Assembly: GCA_039621445.1 (NCBI GenBank)
Contig: CP154954.1
Location: 19,702,642-19,766,641, forward strand
Length of the DNA stretch: 64,000 bases
Source: Euglena gracilis
Taxonomy: Eukaryota
Direction: 5' to 3'
Position 1 is the stretch's first letter. Each line of letters starts with the position of its first letter. Under the pieces are notes generated by a model, which worked only from the letters and a program-made list of their open reading frames with translations, ran no database searches and was not told the origin of the DNA. The position numbers were made by a program, and so were the translations under genes. Below are positions 1 through 33,243 of this stretch, one piece after another.

Positions 1-429
1 TTTCGGAGGAAAATGCCCAATTTGAGGTGCAAACTCCAAAATTTGGAAGCAAATGCCTAATTTTGGGTGTAAAATCCCAATTTTGGGTCATCAACACTAA
101 CTATTCAATGAGCATGGTCGCACTTTCCGTTGGCGGCTTCCATTATGTTGCGCATGTTTGTCATCCAACTTGCCATGGGTCGGTTTATTTATTTTTTTGG
201 TTGAAATTCTGCAATGGGTCGGTTTGGAAGGGTAGGTCGGTTTAGAAGGGGAGTCGGTTTAAATGGGGGGGGGGGTTACCCCCCCGGGGGAGGGGGTCCA
301 AAACTAAAAAAAACCCTGGTGTGGACACAAACACTCCGGTAATGGGGTTGATTCCACACATGTGACCCCGCACAAACAAATGGATATTCAAAAGAAATGG
401 AATGGTTGGAGTGTCGCAACACAGACACT

Positions 430-927
430 TCCGGTTTGCCGGACAGGTAGAAGCGCCGCAACGAAGCCAGCCAGGGCCTCGGGCGTGGAGGGTCGTCATG
501 TGGACGAGGAAGAGGTGGTCGATGCCCAGCATCAGGTTGTACAGCACCCATTCCTGGAGGTAGGGGTCCTCCAGGTACAGCGCGGTGCAGACCGTCACCT
601 TGCAGCGGGCGGCCCGGGTACAGTTTGAGTGGAGGCGGGGCAGGACGAGGGGGGGTGGGTTCCATCGACACACCTCTTGTCTGGAATGCCGTCCCGTGCT
701 GCGCGTGGATGTTTGATACCACGTTCTGTGGGTGTTGCTATGACACACACACACACACACCAGGCTTTTGCTTAAGGACCCCGGGGGGGGGGGGTACTGG
801 CTAGCCAATCGGCTAGACACTGGAAAAAGTGGACTAGCTAGACCCCCCCCCCGGGGGGGTCCGGGGGTCCCCCGGACTGGAAAAAAAATTTTCCTCCGGC
901 GCGCAGCTTTCCCTTAAGCAAAAGCCT

Positions 928-1019
<92 letters not shown>

Positions 1020-2990
1020 CACACATACACACATACACACACACTGATGTGGTTATTGTTATGCCATTGTGTACCCACGTTGCTTGTGCATGAAAGCCCC
1101 GAAGAAAGGCAGGCACATAAGCAAGGCAAAGAATAGGCATGGTTTCAGCTGGTGATTTAGGCACTTGCGCTGCGGACGCTGTGGTTGTAACATGTGAGTG
1201 GCGGCTTCAGCAAGAAGTGACGTCTAACAGTCCACCTGCAGCAATGTGGTCGAGGGAAACTCCCTCTGCCTGTGCTGTGCACCGTGTTGGGGTCCACAGA
1301 GCCAAGGTGCCGCCGAAACTCCTCCACCGTGGTGAACCGGGTGGAGCGGACGGAAGCCGCGGCCAAGCGCCCACAAACCACCCCGACATGCCCGCTGTGG
1401 AGGCTTGCCAGGGACAGCGATGGCCGCGGCCTCGCAGGGCTCTCGGCGGCCACTGAGTTTGTGCAGCCGTAACCCCCCCCCCCCCCGGGGCCGGCCACCA
1501 AAGAGGGTCCTATAGTCCCTCGGGGTCATAAGTTGGGGTTAGAGCAGTGTCTTGCCAAGTGGAGGGAAAGGAGAAGAGAGGAGGGAAAGCACGGGCAAAA
1601 TGGAACCACAATCTGCCACCAAAGAAAGGAGGGAATCCAAAGCTACATATCCCCCGGCGATTGCTCAGATTTTATGCCCATCATGAGTTACAATATTGTG
1701 TATGTGATGTAATGAATGCTGTATACATTATGGCAGATTGAATGCACAAAATCAGCACCTGCAGTGGACTCATGCTGCATAGCATCTTCAATGTTTGGCG
1801 AAGCGTGGACTTGAGCGGCAGAGGGCTCCAACTCTGGATTGAGGAAACTGAACATGGCGATGGCAGGGATTCCTGGAATAACAGCAAAAGGTCACTTACA
1901 GTAAAAAGGTTGAAAATTTGAAGCACTGCCCTTATAAGTTCCAGGTTGCCCTGAGAATCGCCAACGAGTTCATTTGTGCTGGCGCTCCGCAAAATGCGAA
2001 GGGTGGGAGCAGGACGCACCCACGCTGGCACAAGTGCAAAACCGATACACATAAAAAAAATATCACAAAAGAAAAAGACATGAACCCATTGAATGTGTTA
2101 ACTGCTTCCATGTGGCTCTCCTGTGCATTCTTACTCAACCTGTAATACTGTACTAATAACGCTGACAGAACAAGTCATGATGTTCCCCCCACCAACCCAC
2201 AAATGAACCAGATTCGAAGCAAAACAAACACAGTGCCTGTGATTATTAGCTGCTTAGGGACCTCTTTTTTGCCCCCCAAAGGGTGCTGACCTCCAATCAA
2301 GGGTCCGTAGGGGGGGTGCTTCTGAATCCGGAAGGGTGTTGTTCAAGCAAATACAGCAGGATCCAAACAGTTTGCAACCCTGTCACAAGAAGCCCCGGTC
2401 GTCGGATGTTGCCCCCGCATAATTGCTGAGGAGATTCTTAGGGATGGCAGGTGAAAGGAATCACATGGTGTTTGCTTTTTGCCTCAGAGGTTTGGTGACC
2501 CCCATCAAGCCAGATTTTAGCTTCTGCCTGTTGCCCTCTCAGGGGGCCAGGGGCACCCCACGGCAAGTGAAGTATTTCAGAGATACCCCCCCCGGGCAAT
2601 TGTCGCGCGACAAATCGGGCAGCACAGAGGGGGGTGACAATTTGGCCGGCACAGAGGGGGGTGACAATTGCCCGGGGGCGTCAATTGCCCGGGGGGGGGG
2701 GGGTACCTTTTTCCCTTGTCATTGTGGGCCAGACGGCTTGAGACGTCGGAAATACTCACCTCGTCCGAGAGGACACCAAACCCTGGAGGCGGGGTGGGGG
2801 TGGTCCTGGGCCTCGCGCACCTGGCCGATGGCGAGGAGGAGGGCGCGGAGGACCAGCGCGGCGAAAACGACAGCGAGGGCGGCCAGCAGCCGGCCGCGCG
2901 GAGGCGCCGCCAGGGCGGCGGCACCGCGCGGCGGGGGCCCGGCGGTGGGGCTGGGGAGGGAGGCGCCGCGGCACGGGCGGCGGTGCACAT
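430..2990 (-). CDS. Type II membrane glycosyltransferase (GT92 / GT2-like), 5' exons only; the gene continues past the left edge; two apparent 1-nt deletions
   Basis: Exon 2760-2990 encodes a TM helix RLLAALAVVFAALVLRALLLAIG and ends at a G|GTGAGT donor. A phase-1 join to cag|TG at 1452 opens exon 1276-1452. A non-conventional intron 616-1275 leads to exon ~430-615, CKVTVCTALYLEDPYLQEWVLYNLMLGIDHLFLVH, matching the E-x-x-Y-L-x-E-W-x-x-Y...G-x-D-H-F motif of GT92/GT2-like enzymes. Frame slips occur just after the ATG at 2990 and at ~499. Confidence 0.7.
761..928. mobile_element. 168-bp hAT-like MITE inserted in a (CA)n tract
   Basis: Perfect 17-bp TIR CAGGCTTTTGCTTAAGG / CCTTAAGCAAAAGCCTG, flanked by acacacac on both sides. 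Confidence 0.85.
929..1043. repeat. (CA)n microsatellite
   Basis: Directly visible; continues at 743-760 on the other side of the MITE. Confidence 0.97.
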
Positions 2991-3048
2991 GCCGGGGGTC
3001 GGCACATACCCCCTGTCGGCCGGGTTGCCCCCGAGTTGCCACCGGGCA

Positions 3049-4812
3049 AGTCAGCACACGAGTCAGCACACGAGTCAGCACACGAGTCAGCACACGAGTC
3101 AACACACGAGTCAGCACACGAGTGAACACACGAGTCAGCACACGAGTCAGCACACGAGTCAGCACACGAGTCAACACACGAGTCAGCACACGAGTCAACA
3201 CACGAGTCAACACACGAGTCAGCACACGAGTCAGCACACGAGTCAGCACACGAGTCAGCACACGAGTCAGCATACGAGTCAGCATACGAGTCAGCACACG
3301 AGTCAACACACGAGTCAGCACACGAGTCAGCACACGAGTCAGCATACGAGTCAGCACATGAGTCAGCACACGAGTCAGCACACGAGTCAACACACGAGTC
3401 AACACACGAGTCAACACACGAGTCAACACACGAGTCAGCACACGAGTCAGCACACGAGTCAGCACACGAGTCAGCACTCAAGTCAGCACACGAGTCAGCA
3501 CACGAGTCAGCATACGAGTCAGCACACGAGTCAGCACACGAGTCAGCACACGAGTCAGCACACGAGTCAACACACGAGTCAACACACGAGTGAACATACG
3601 AGTCAGCACACGAGTCAGCACACGAGTCAGCACACGAGTCAGCACACGAGTCAGCACTCAAGTCAGCACACGAGTCAGCACACGAGTCAGCATACAAGTC
3701 AGCACACGAGTCAACACACGAGTCAGCACACAAATCAGCACACGAGTCAGCACACGAGTCAACACACGAGTCAGCATACAAGTCAGCACACGAGTCAGCA
3801 CACGAGTCAGCACACGAGTCAGCATACGAGTCAGCACATGAGTCAACACACGAGTCAGCACACGAGTCAGCACACGAGTCAACACACGAGTCAACACACG
3901 AGTCAGCACACGAGTCAACACACGAGTCAGCACACGAGTCAGCACACGAGTCAGCACACGAGTCAGCACTCAAGTCAGCACACGAGTCAGCACACGAGTC
4001 AGCATACAAGTCAGCACACGAGTCAGCACACGAGTCAGCACACGAGTCAGCACACGAGTCAACACACGAGTCAGCACACGAGTCAGCACACGAGTCAGCA
4101 CACGAGTCAGCACACGAGTCAGCACACGAGTCAGCACACGAGTCAGCACTCAAGTCAACACACGAGTCAACATACGAGTCAGCACACGAGTCAGCACACG
4201 AGTCAGCACACGAGTCAGCACACAAATCAGCACACGAGTCAGCACAAGAGTCAACACACGAGTCAGCATACAAGTCAGCACACGAGTCAGCACACGAGTC
4301 AGCACACAAATCAGCACACGAGTCAGCACACGAGTCAACACACGAGTCAGCATACGAGTCAGCACACGAGTCAGCACACAAGTCAGCACACGAGTCAACA
4401 CACGAGTCAGCACACAAATCAGCACACGAGTCAGCACACGAGTCAACACACGAGTCAGCATACGAGTCAGCACACGAGTCAGCACACGAGTCAGCACACG
4501 AGTCAGCACACGAGTCAGCACACGAGTCAACACACGAGTCAACACACGAGTCAACATACGAGTCAACACACGAGTCAACACACGAGTCAGCACACGAGTC
4601 AACACACGAGTCAGCACACGAGTCAACACACGAGTCAGCACACGAGTCAGCACACGAGTCAGCACACGAGTCAGCACACAAATCAGCACACGAGTCAGCA
4701 CACGAGTCAGCACACGAGTCAGCACACGAGTCAGCACACGAGTCAGCACACAAATCAGCACACGAGTCAGCACACGAGTCAGCACACGAGTCAACGCACG
4801 AGTCAGCACACG
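3049..4812. repeat. 12-bp minisatellite (AGTCAGCACACG)n, about 147 units
   Basis: Directly visible tandem array with recurrent variant units (CAA, CAT, ACA, AAT). Confidence 0.98.
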
Positions 4813-5119
4813 CCTTGGTAACACTTCCCTGGGAGTGAGCCCGGGCAGACTGCACCTCACTACAGCGCAGTCCACCGCTGGGTGGAAGTGGACATTGGCG
4901 GCAGCGTACGGGTCGAGAAGGCAGCAGCGGTCCACAAGATTCCGTGTGTCGTGTTTCGCTGTCACACGTTGTAGGGAAGCGTCGAAGCGGTTGAACGCGT
5001 GAACCAGCCATGCGACTGAAATGGAGCCGGCATGGAAGGTGGACCTGATGTATGAGCGTGGAAGGTGGTGATGGCAATGCCACCACCGGGATGAGGAGGT
5101 TTGCGGGGGGCTGAGGGGA

Positions 5120-8100
5120 TCACAATTCCTCCTTCATCTTCTCAGGGTCCATCTTCCGGAGGTCCTCCGCCGTAAACATCTTGAAGCCCATCCCTGCACA
5201 GAAATTCATCAGGCATCAGGGGGACCTCTGGGCTCAGACAGGCAGTTTTTTTTACGAAACTGTTTTGGAATGAAGATTGCCTGCACACAATAGGCAGGTT
5301 GCGGACCTGTTACGTGTGCTGGACCCAGTGTCCCAGGCCCTACAGCTGTTTCAAAGAGCGGAGTGCAGCCTGGGGATGAGTGTGGGGGTGTGGCTGGAAC
5401 TCCGTAACAGACTGTCGCGGACGTGGGCCAGGCAGATGGTCCATGCCTGGTTGCTGGGGGCGGGGTCACCTTCGCTTAACCCCCCTCCAAAATGAAACAA
5501 CCCCCCAAATTTAAACAAAAACCTTTGGGCAAAACATATACCAAAAATCATCTTCCCTGCAACAGAAATTTTTTTGGGTTTTCAGGGGAACCGAACCCCC
5601 CCTCCCCAGTCTAAAGGGGGATCTGACCTCCCCCCCCCCCGCAAAACCCAAAACTACTGCTCACTTAATATCCTTTGGCCCTTTTGGCCCTAATATCCTT
5701 TGGCCCTAACCCCAGAATTAAGCAACCCCTGAAAAAAATGAAATTCAGGAAAAATAAACAGAAATTTCCAATACAGCCAACTATCAGCAACAAAACCACC
5801 CAAACTCACAATGATTGCTCATTTTTTTGTGTTTTGAAGGCAAGCACCAGCTCCTTCCGTAACTGGAAAATTAGACATTTTTTGTTCATATCCAGTCCAA
5901 CCCAAAAATTTGAGAAACCTCTTAGCAGACAGTTGAAACCCAAATGCAAGCAACAGGCTGCTTATATTTGAAATTAGACTCATTTCGAGGGAGGGAGGGA
6001 AAGGACGCGTACCAGTCTCCCGCTTCATCTTCGCCAGGAGGTCCTGCAGGTCTTTTTCCTTGAGCTTGTCCTTGGGCTTCGCCCCGTCCGCTTTTGCATT
6101 AGCGAACGCCTGTGGGGAGGTGAAGTAGTCAAGTCGGTCACCCTGGAGCCCTCCCCGAGGGGGACAGCAGAGGCACAGTAGGGATAAGGCAGACCTGCAG
6201 AAAACGTCATTTTCAAACAAACCACATAAAGTACTGTCCCCACTGAACTCTCACCCCGACTTTCAACTTTATTGGAGGGTTCACACAAAACAAGCCCATC
6301 TCCATCGTGGTAGGCAGCCTAAAAGCAACCCTCAGATTTGAGGCGTGATGTTCGGATGTGTTGTGGCCTTAGCATTGCACTGTGTTCGAATTGCAGTCCG
6401 ACGTCGCACACCTTGATTGGCAAGTCCTTGGACTCGCGCACCAGGCGAATCAAATCGGGCTTTTCTCCCGAGGCATACTGCTTCTCATCCACCCCTGGAC
6501 AAATGGGTGGAGAAAAATAGATTTGAGGCGTGGTTTGCATTCGAATATGCTGCTGTTTTCCCTCCTTTGGTGTTTGCAAGCCAGAGAGGGAGGGATCATT
6601 CCAACAAGGAGAGGTGCAATGAGAAGGAGTAGAAGCACACATCATAAAATGGCTGCCAAAATGAGATTTGGGTACGAGTATGATAAACCACAAAATTATC
6701 AGCAAACTTTCCACACAAACAGGCTTCTTCTTGAGACCCCCTGGCATGAGGCACAACCAGGAGGGGGTCCAGCCCATACCACACCTTACCGACCCCCAGG
6801 GGAGTGGGCCCACGAAAACCAGTCAGTCACTTTTTCAAAGGCCAATCACCCCCTGCCTACCCCTGGGGGGGGGGGGGGTCGGTCTGGCCAGTCGGCCAAA
6901 AATGGCTGAAAACCAATGGATTTTGATCAAAGCCCCCTAAAAATTATCCGGCTCCTTCAGCGACAGTGGCCACTTTCGGCCATCCTTGGTCGACCCACTG
7001 TGGGGGGGGGGGGGTCCGGAGCCAAAAACCAGTTAGTCACTCCGAAAAAACCAGTCAGCAGTCCCCCTGGTGAGTGGGTAGTGCTGCTTGGGAAGGCCTG
7101 GTGGGTCAACCCCCCAACCACCACAGCACCCGCGCAAAGAAAAATCATTCGGTGCCGGCGGAAAATCCTGACCGAAAAATCGGCACCCCCAGAAATGCAG
7201 GAATGCCTGGTGGGGGGGGGGGGGGCGGACCCCCCCCCAACCAGGACGGGGGTGCGGTCGGACCCCCCCCCCTACCCACCACCCACAGGGTTTTGGGGAT
7301 TCCCACCCAGTTCTGGGGGTGGGGTCGGACACACCTTAAACAGTGGCATGGCCCGACCTTGCCCCCACCCGGGGGGGGGGGGGGGGGCAAGGTTCCATAT
7401 ACGGACAGGTGGGGGACATCCCCCAGGGAAAGCGCCACCTAAACAGTGGCGCTGCCCAGGTGACCAATTTTCGCCTCCCAAAATTTGGCTGAAAATGCAT
7501 TTTGGGGCAAGTTTTTTTGGGGGCAAAACTTTGTCGAAATGCAAAAAAAGCGCCAGAAGGAAAATTTTGACTGGGAGTTTTAACTGGGAGTTTAACTGGG
7601 AGAAGGGAATTTAATTGGGAGGTTCGAATATCCCCACCCACGAGGAAGGCGAGGGGGGGGGGGTCCAGATAACCCACCTATGGTGCAAGAGGAGGGTGGG
7701 GGTGTTCCCTCTGCCTCGTGTGGGTAAATCGCCATCTGTTTTCTGTTTGCAAACGTTTGTTGTGGCATGGCTTCCTCTTTTGCCTCGCTCTTGATATTTA
7801 CTAAAAACAGACCAATTTCTGGTTGATGACCAGGCTGCTTTTCAATTGGCGGACCCCCCCCCAGGTTTGATATAAGAGAAGTAAACCCCCCCCCAAAATA
7901 AGACCCCCCCAAAAATAAGACCCCACCCCAAAAATAAGACCCCCCCTGAGCTGACCGAGCAAAAATTCAAAAATAAGACCCCCCCTGACGGCGCGAAGCG
8001 CCGGAGACGGTGAAAATTTTTCGTGAAAAATTACCAAAAACCCCAAATTCACTCACAAAAATGATGAAATTTCAAAAAAATTCAGATTTTTGAGGTGCAA

Positions 8101-10719
8101 AAAAAACATGCTAAATGCCAATTTACACTAATTTTCACATGGCGCAAAGCGCCAAAGGAAAATTTTGGGTGTTTTTGGGAACCTGAAAAATTATGTTTTT
8201 TTCGGGCCCGGGTCAGTCAAGAAAAAATCCAACAATAAGACCCCCCCCAAAAAATAAGACCCTCCCCTGGAGGTTTCCAGCAACGGACCCAAAAATAAGA
8301 CCTGGGTCTTTTCAATTGGCGGGCAACATGACAGCTCGGGGGTGGTTCGGGACGCGGGGGGACGCGGGGGGGGGGGACGCGGGGGGGATGCAGGGGGGAA
8401 CTGTGGCCCAGCTACCACCACACGTTTTTTTTTGGCGCCCCCCAAATTTGCATGTAATTTTCCTTTGGTGGACCAAAAAAATGTGCCCAGCCAAAATCCG
8501 GGACGCGGGGGGGGGGGGGGGGGGCGGGGAGGGGGACGCAGGGGGGACGCGGGGGGAGCACCCCCGGAATTTCGAATTTTCAAACAGGTTCGGAAAATGC
8601 GATCACCGATTTTCAGAGGGCTGTGCAATCTGGCTGAGTTCTACGGGTTCCAAGCAACAGGTTTTGGGGAGAGCTTTCGTTTGATATGCTATATGGCACC
8701 TAACCTGTGGGATTTGACAAATTAAGCTGTCAAATTTTGGAACATGCAATCGCTGAAAATAAGCTCCGTGCATTCAGGTTGAATTCTGTGGCCATCTGTC
8801 AAAAGCCCTTGAGAAGTGCTTTTGATTGATGGGTAACATGGCTTCGGAAGTGCGGAATCTACCAATAGATTTCAACACAAACACTTCAGAACTGATTACC
8901 CCTTGCCATTTTCCGCCTGCCCTGTATATCGTGCCCGAAATACAGGGCAGGCGCAGGTACCCCGAATACGCAACAAAAATTGTGGCACCCCATACCCCGA
9001 TAGACAGGGCAAGCGCAGGGTACCCCGATTACACCGTTTATACCGCGGGCTCCCGGATCTGGGGGGGTAGTGGGCCAACCCTAGGGTCGGCCCAATACGA
9101 CCCTGGGGTCGCTAGGGTCGCTAAGGTCGACCCCCCCTCCAGGACGTGGAGTGGGCCGACCCTGGGGTCGTCCGCCCTAGGGTCGTGGGCCGACCCTGGG
9201 GTTGTGGGCCGACCCTAGGGTCGGCCCACCCGACGACCTCGCCCCCCCCCCTATCAAAAAAAATTCGACAGAAATTTTGAGGGCCCGTTTTGGGGGCCAA
9301 ATCCTTTTTGTTGCTCAACTCTTCGAGGGCCAAAATAACCAAAACCCTTGTGTTTCAAAGTTGTTTTGTTGTTCAACTGCTAACCCCTTCGTGCATGAGG
9401 TGGTGAGATGTTGTCTTTCTGTTTCTGTGGGCCTGTTTTTGTGACTGATTCGATTAATCGAATCTACCCTATTTTGGGCCCTCAATTGGTTGAACAACAA
9501 AAGGGATTTACCCCCAAAAACGACTTGGAAGCACAAGGGATTTGCCCCGCAAACGATTTGGAAACACAAGGGATTTTGTTATTTTGGGGCCCTCGATCAG
9601 TTGAACAACAAAAGGGATTTGCCCCCCAAAACGATTTGGAAGCACAAGGGATTTGCCCCCCAAAACAACTTGGAAGCACAGGGGATTTTGTTGTTTTGGG
9701 TTAGGGTTATTTTGGGTTATTGAGGGGGGTTTACAGGGTAGAGAAAGGGGGGGTGTCCCCCAAGGGGCATAAGGAGTGGGGGAGGGGGGGCACCTCGCTC
9801 CTTCAGGAACTGCCGCAGCTCCTTCGTCTTGTGCTTCCCCAGGTTGTCACCGCCAGGCCTCTTTTTGATAGCACAGTCCTTATTGCCTGCCCATGGCAGT
9901 CACACCCCCTGGACCCCGGCATATTTCCCCTGAAAATGCCCATTGGGTCCCCCAGTTGGTGCTGGGGAACCCCCTCCCCCCCACTTAAACCCCCCTCGGA
10001 CCGACCAACCAAAAGGACACCTTATAAACCGCCCATCGTGAACAAAAATGAAAACGGTGTGGACATTCTTTTTGCCCTCAAAACTGCCCAGATCCAATTT
10101 TTTTCGAAATTTCACTGACTTCGGACATCATCAAAAATGCAATTTTAGCCAATTTTGGTCAAAATAGATTCCTTGGGGGTATTTTGGTGGATTTCGACGA
10201 ACAATCTTGACTCATAAAACCTCCCCATTATCAGCATTGTTATTTTTACTGACTTGTGAAACCCCCCCATTATAAAACCCCCTCATCGGACCCGCCACAC
10301 CAGACCCAGGGTTTACCAGTTTACAGCATTACCCAGGGAGGTCAGGGGGAGAGGTGCGGGTTGAAAATGTACACCACCCCCACCGCACAAAAATTGGAAA
10401 AAGCAATTTTCCCACAAATTTATGATCAGGGACCCGAAAATTTTTTTACCGTTTTATTCAAAGATTAAAAAAAAAAATGATGAGGAGACAGGTCAGCAGG
10501 TGCCAGAGCAGGAGAAAGGACAATTTTAGCGAGCACAGATGGTCAAGGATGGTTTTGCGGAGAGGTCAGAGGGTCGGAAGTACCCCGGGGGGGGGGGGGC
10601 TTCTGCAAAAAAACCGAAGCCTGGTCCCAGTCCAGCTCGACCCCCTGCATCACCGCCACCATCGCCATCACCAACACCATGGCCAGCAGCCAGCGCCACC
10701 CACAGAGCTGCGGGGCCAT
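5120..10719 (-). CDS. ~133-aa secretory/ER-lumenal protein with SAP/ARMET(MANF)-C-like domain and C-terminal KEEL; 5 exons
   Basis: Exons 10627-10719, 9794-9848, 6412-6494, 6013-6109 and 5120-5193 join in frame: MAPQLCGWRWLLAMVLVMAMVAVMQGVELDW-DNLGKHKTKELRQFLKERG-VDEKQYASGEKPDLIRLVRESKDLPIK-AFANAK...LLAKMKRETG-MGFKMFTAEDLRKMDPEKMKEEL*. Three GT-AG introns have matching phases and one intron is non-conventional. The domain name is inferred from the KELR..L.ERG...EK.DL pattern. Confidence 0.82.
9849..10626 (-). other. Non-conventional intron with MITE-like termini
   Basis: TGG|gacCAGGCTTCGGTTTTTT ... AAAAAGAGGCCTGgcggt|GAC. CAG lies at +4 and CTG at -8, and removal is in frame. Confidence 0.8.
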
Positions 10720-11442
10720 GAACGACAGCCCGGTCTCGGAAGGAAATGCCTGTAAGAGTGGTGGGGGCAGGGGGGGGGTCGATCGTGGGTCAAAAGTGCC
10801 CCAAAAAAACGGGCTTTCCTGGTCTTTGGCGCCTTCGGCATGGGAAGTACCTTGGCCGAGTGCCCGGGCACTTTTGGCCATGTGCTCCCCCCCCCCCCGG
10901 AGGGTCGGGTCTGGGTGCCTTGGAGCCCAGGCAGGCACCCGGGGTGGGGTCGGCCTCGCCTTGAAATTCAGCCTGGATTTGACGGGGATGCCGATTTTGG
11001 TGGCACCTGCGATTGCGCGATCTGCAAAGGTGAAGATGGTTGAGCGTTCCGCATAGGACTTCCCGCAACAACTGCATCAATGCCACGTTTTGCTGCAACG
11101 TACGTGAACGTCTGTCCTTCCATAGCCATTCAGACCCCACTTGAACTCTCCAGCGCTGGTCTCATTTTGGACTAGAATTGAGATGACCATAAAGCAGGGG
11201 GAAATGCTTACGGGCAGATGAAAAGCTGTACTGCAAAAAAAAACGTATAAAAAGGCGAAAACTGCAAAGCAAAAGCACACACTGTCCCAGTGAAGAAAAA
11301 AAATCAAAAAACAATCCAATAAAAACCAGACAGCCCTCCAAAAGAGGCATCCAATAGCAAATGGCGATGTGAAGAAGGCTTCGAATTTATCATGGAAATG
11401 CTGTAGAGGGAGAAAGGCTCGCTTGGCCATCCTGGCCCTGCC

Positions 11443-11752
11443 CATGCTTGTGCTTACCGACCGGGGGGGGAGGGGGGGTGGGTGCTATAGGGTGCCTGCC
11501 CCTAGCAGGCACACCCCCCCCGGGGGGGGGATAGGGGTCCGGGCTGGACCCAGAAAATTTTCATTGAAAATGGCCTTTTCCGGGCCCCCGGCGCCTTCGG
11601 TGCCGGGGTCGGAGGGGGGCGCCTGCTAGGGGCAGGCACCCCCCAAAACCCTACCCCCCCCCCGGGGGGGGGGGGTCGGATCGTGTGCTATGGGGTGCCT
11701 GCCCCTAGCACCCCCCCCCTGTGGGGTAGGCACCCGACTAAGCGCAAGCCTG
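11443..11752. mobile_element. hAT-like MITE
   Basis: TIR CATGCTTGTGCTTA / TAAGCGCAAGCCTG; exact 8-bp TSD gccctgcc at 11435-11442 and 11753-11760. Confidence 0.85.
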
Positions 11753-12199
11753 GCCCTGCCACCTTCCCGGCCGGCCAAGGTAGAAAATGTCAAAGAGCTG
11801 AGGCCAGGCTGGGCCTTCTGAAGAAAATTGGGGGGGGGGACTCACTAAAGAAAGAGAACCAGAAAGACCAGAAAGGCTTTTATTCATCCACGGTTTTTTT
11901 ACAGGACAATACAATGAAAAATTCTTCACAGTAAACAAATCCTGCTACAGTGTACCGCAGAGGACGGAAAAATTGAGTTGTTGTTTTTGTAAGGTTGTTG
12001 TTCACGACAAACCAGAAAACAGCAGCCTCTCTGGCTCGCAAGGCAGAGGGAAGAAGGGCAAGCAATGGGAGTGGCTGGTCCCGCAGCCGGTCATGCACAC
12101 AAACCGCACACACCAAGAAGCGGGAAGTGGCCAGCGTTCCAGTCGTTCGGGTTCAAAGCGAGCATTAACAGGCAGTAGGTCCATGGGGGGGGGGGGGGG

Positions 12200-32382
<20,183 letters not shown>

Positions 32383-32832
32383 CGGCCCTCTGTATCAAAA
32401 TCAATCAGATGGGGGCGTTTGGCAGCATCAGAGGGCTGCAAGTATGGGCATGAAAAATGTCTGCGGACATGGAAAGGAAGTAGATATAGATAGATAGAGG
32501 GTGGAAAACACACAAAAAAAACTTCAGGGCTGAAGTAATGTGAATCAAAAAAAATGAAACTGATTTTTTATGTCACTGAATCGGTTTGATTTGGGGAGGG
32601 GGATTCCGCCAAGGGAAAAGATCATCCCTCAAAATAAAGTGGGTGCGATTGAATTAAATGACAAAAAATTAAATGAAAACATGCCAAAGAAATCAAAATG
32701 ACAAAAAAATTGGCAATGGGATTGTATATTCATACTGTAAAAGACATATGCGTGCACGCAATGACGCAATATTGTATGCACTCATGCCTGAAATGCGTAC
32801 ATATGCACGCACACATGCGCATATGCATACAT

Positions 32833-32833
<1 letters not shown>

Positions 32834-32913
<80 letters not shown>
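32834..32913. repeat. (CA)n/(CACG)n microsatellite
   Basis: Directly visible. Confidence 0.95.
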
Positions 32914-32914
<1 letters not shown>

Positions 32915-33005
32915 TAACCATATATTACACCGAAAAAGAACAAATACTTCATTTTTGGTCCAATGCACAGCGACAAAAAAAAATCAATAACTCCCAACTA
33001 CCAGC

Positions 33006-33243
<238 letters not shown>

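Larger units (their letters stand above)
616..1275 (-). other. Non-conventional (euglenid-type) intron
   Basis: 5' gcaCAGgcagagggag ... ctccactcaaaCTGtaccc 3'. The ends pair, and removal gives in-frame PNTVH-R-AARCKV. Confidence 0.55.

Noticed and set aside
834-1164. (CV)n ORFs, and likewise the (HT)n/(IY)n ORFs at 32.7-33.5 kb and (GYGVWGM)n at 45.2-45.9 kb
   Set aside because: Translations of microsatellites.
3049-4812. CRISPR-like array
   Set aside because: Contiguous 12-bp units with no unique spacers and no cas genes; eukaryotic context.
2756-5086. 776-aa (CADS)n and (VLTR)n minus-strand ORFs
   Set aside because: By-products of a stop-free 12-mer repeat; the common variants change amino acids in these frames.
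6916-8725. Gly/Pro-rich ORFs here and at 16.7-17.9, 52-53.7 and 55.5-57.2 kb
   Set aside because: They derive from G/C homopolymer runs of nested MITE-like repeats, with no domain signal.
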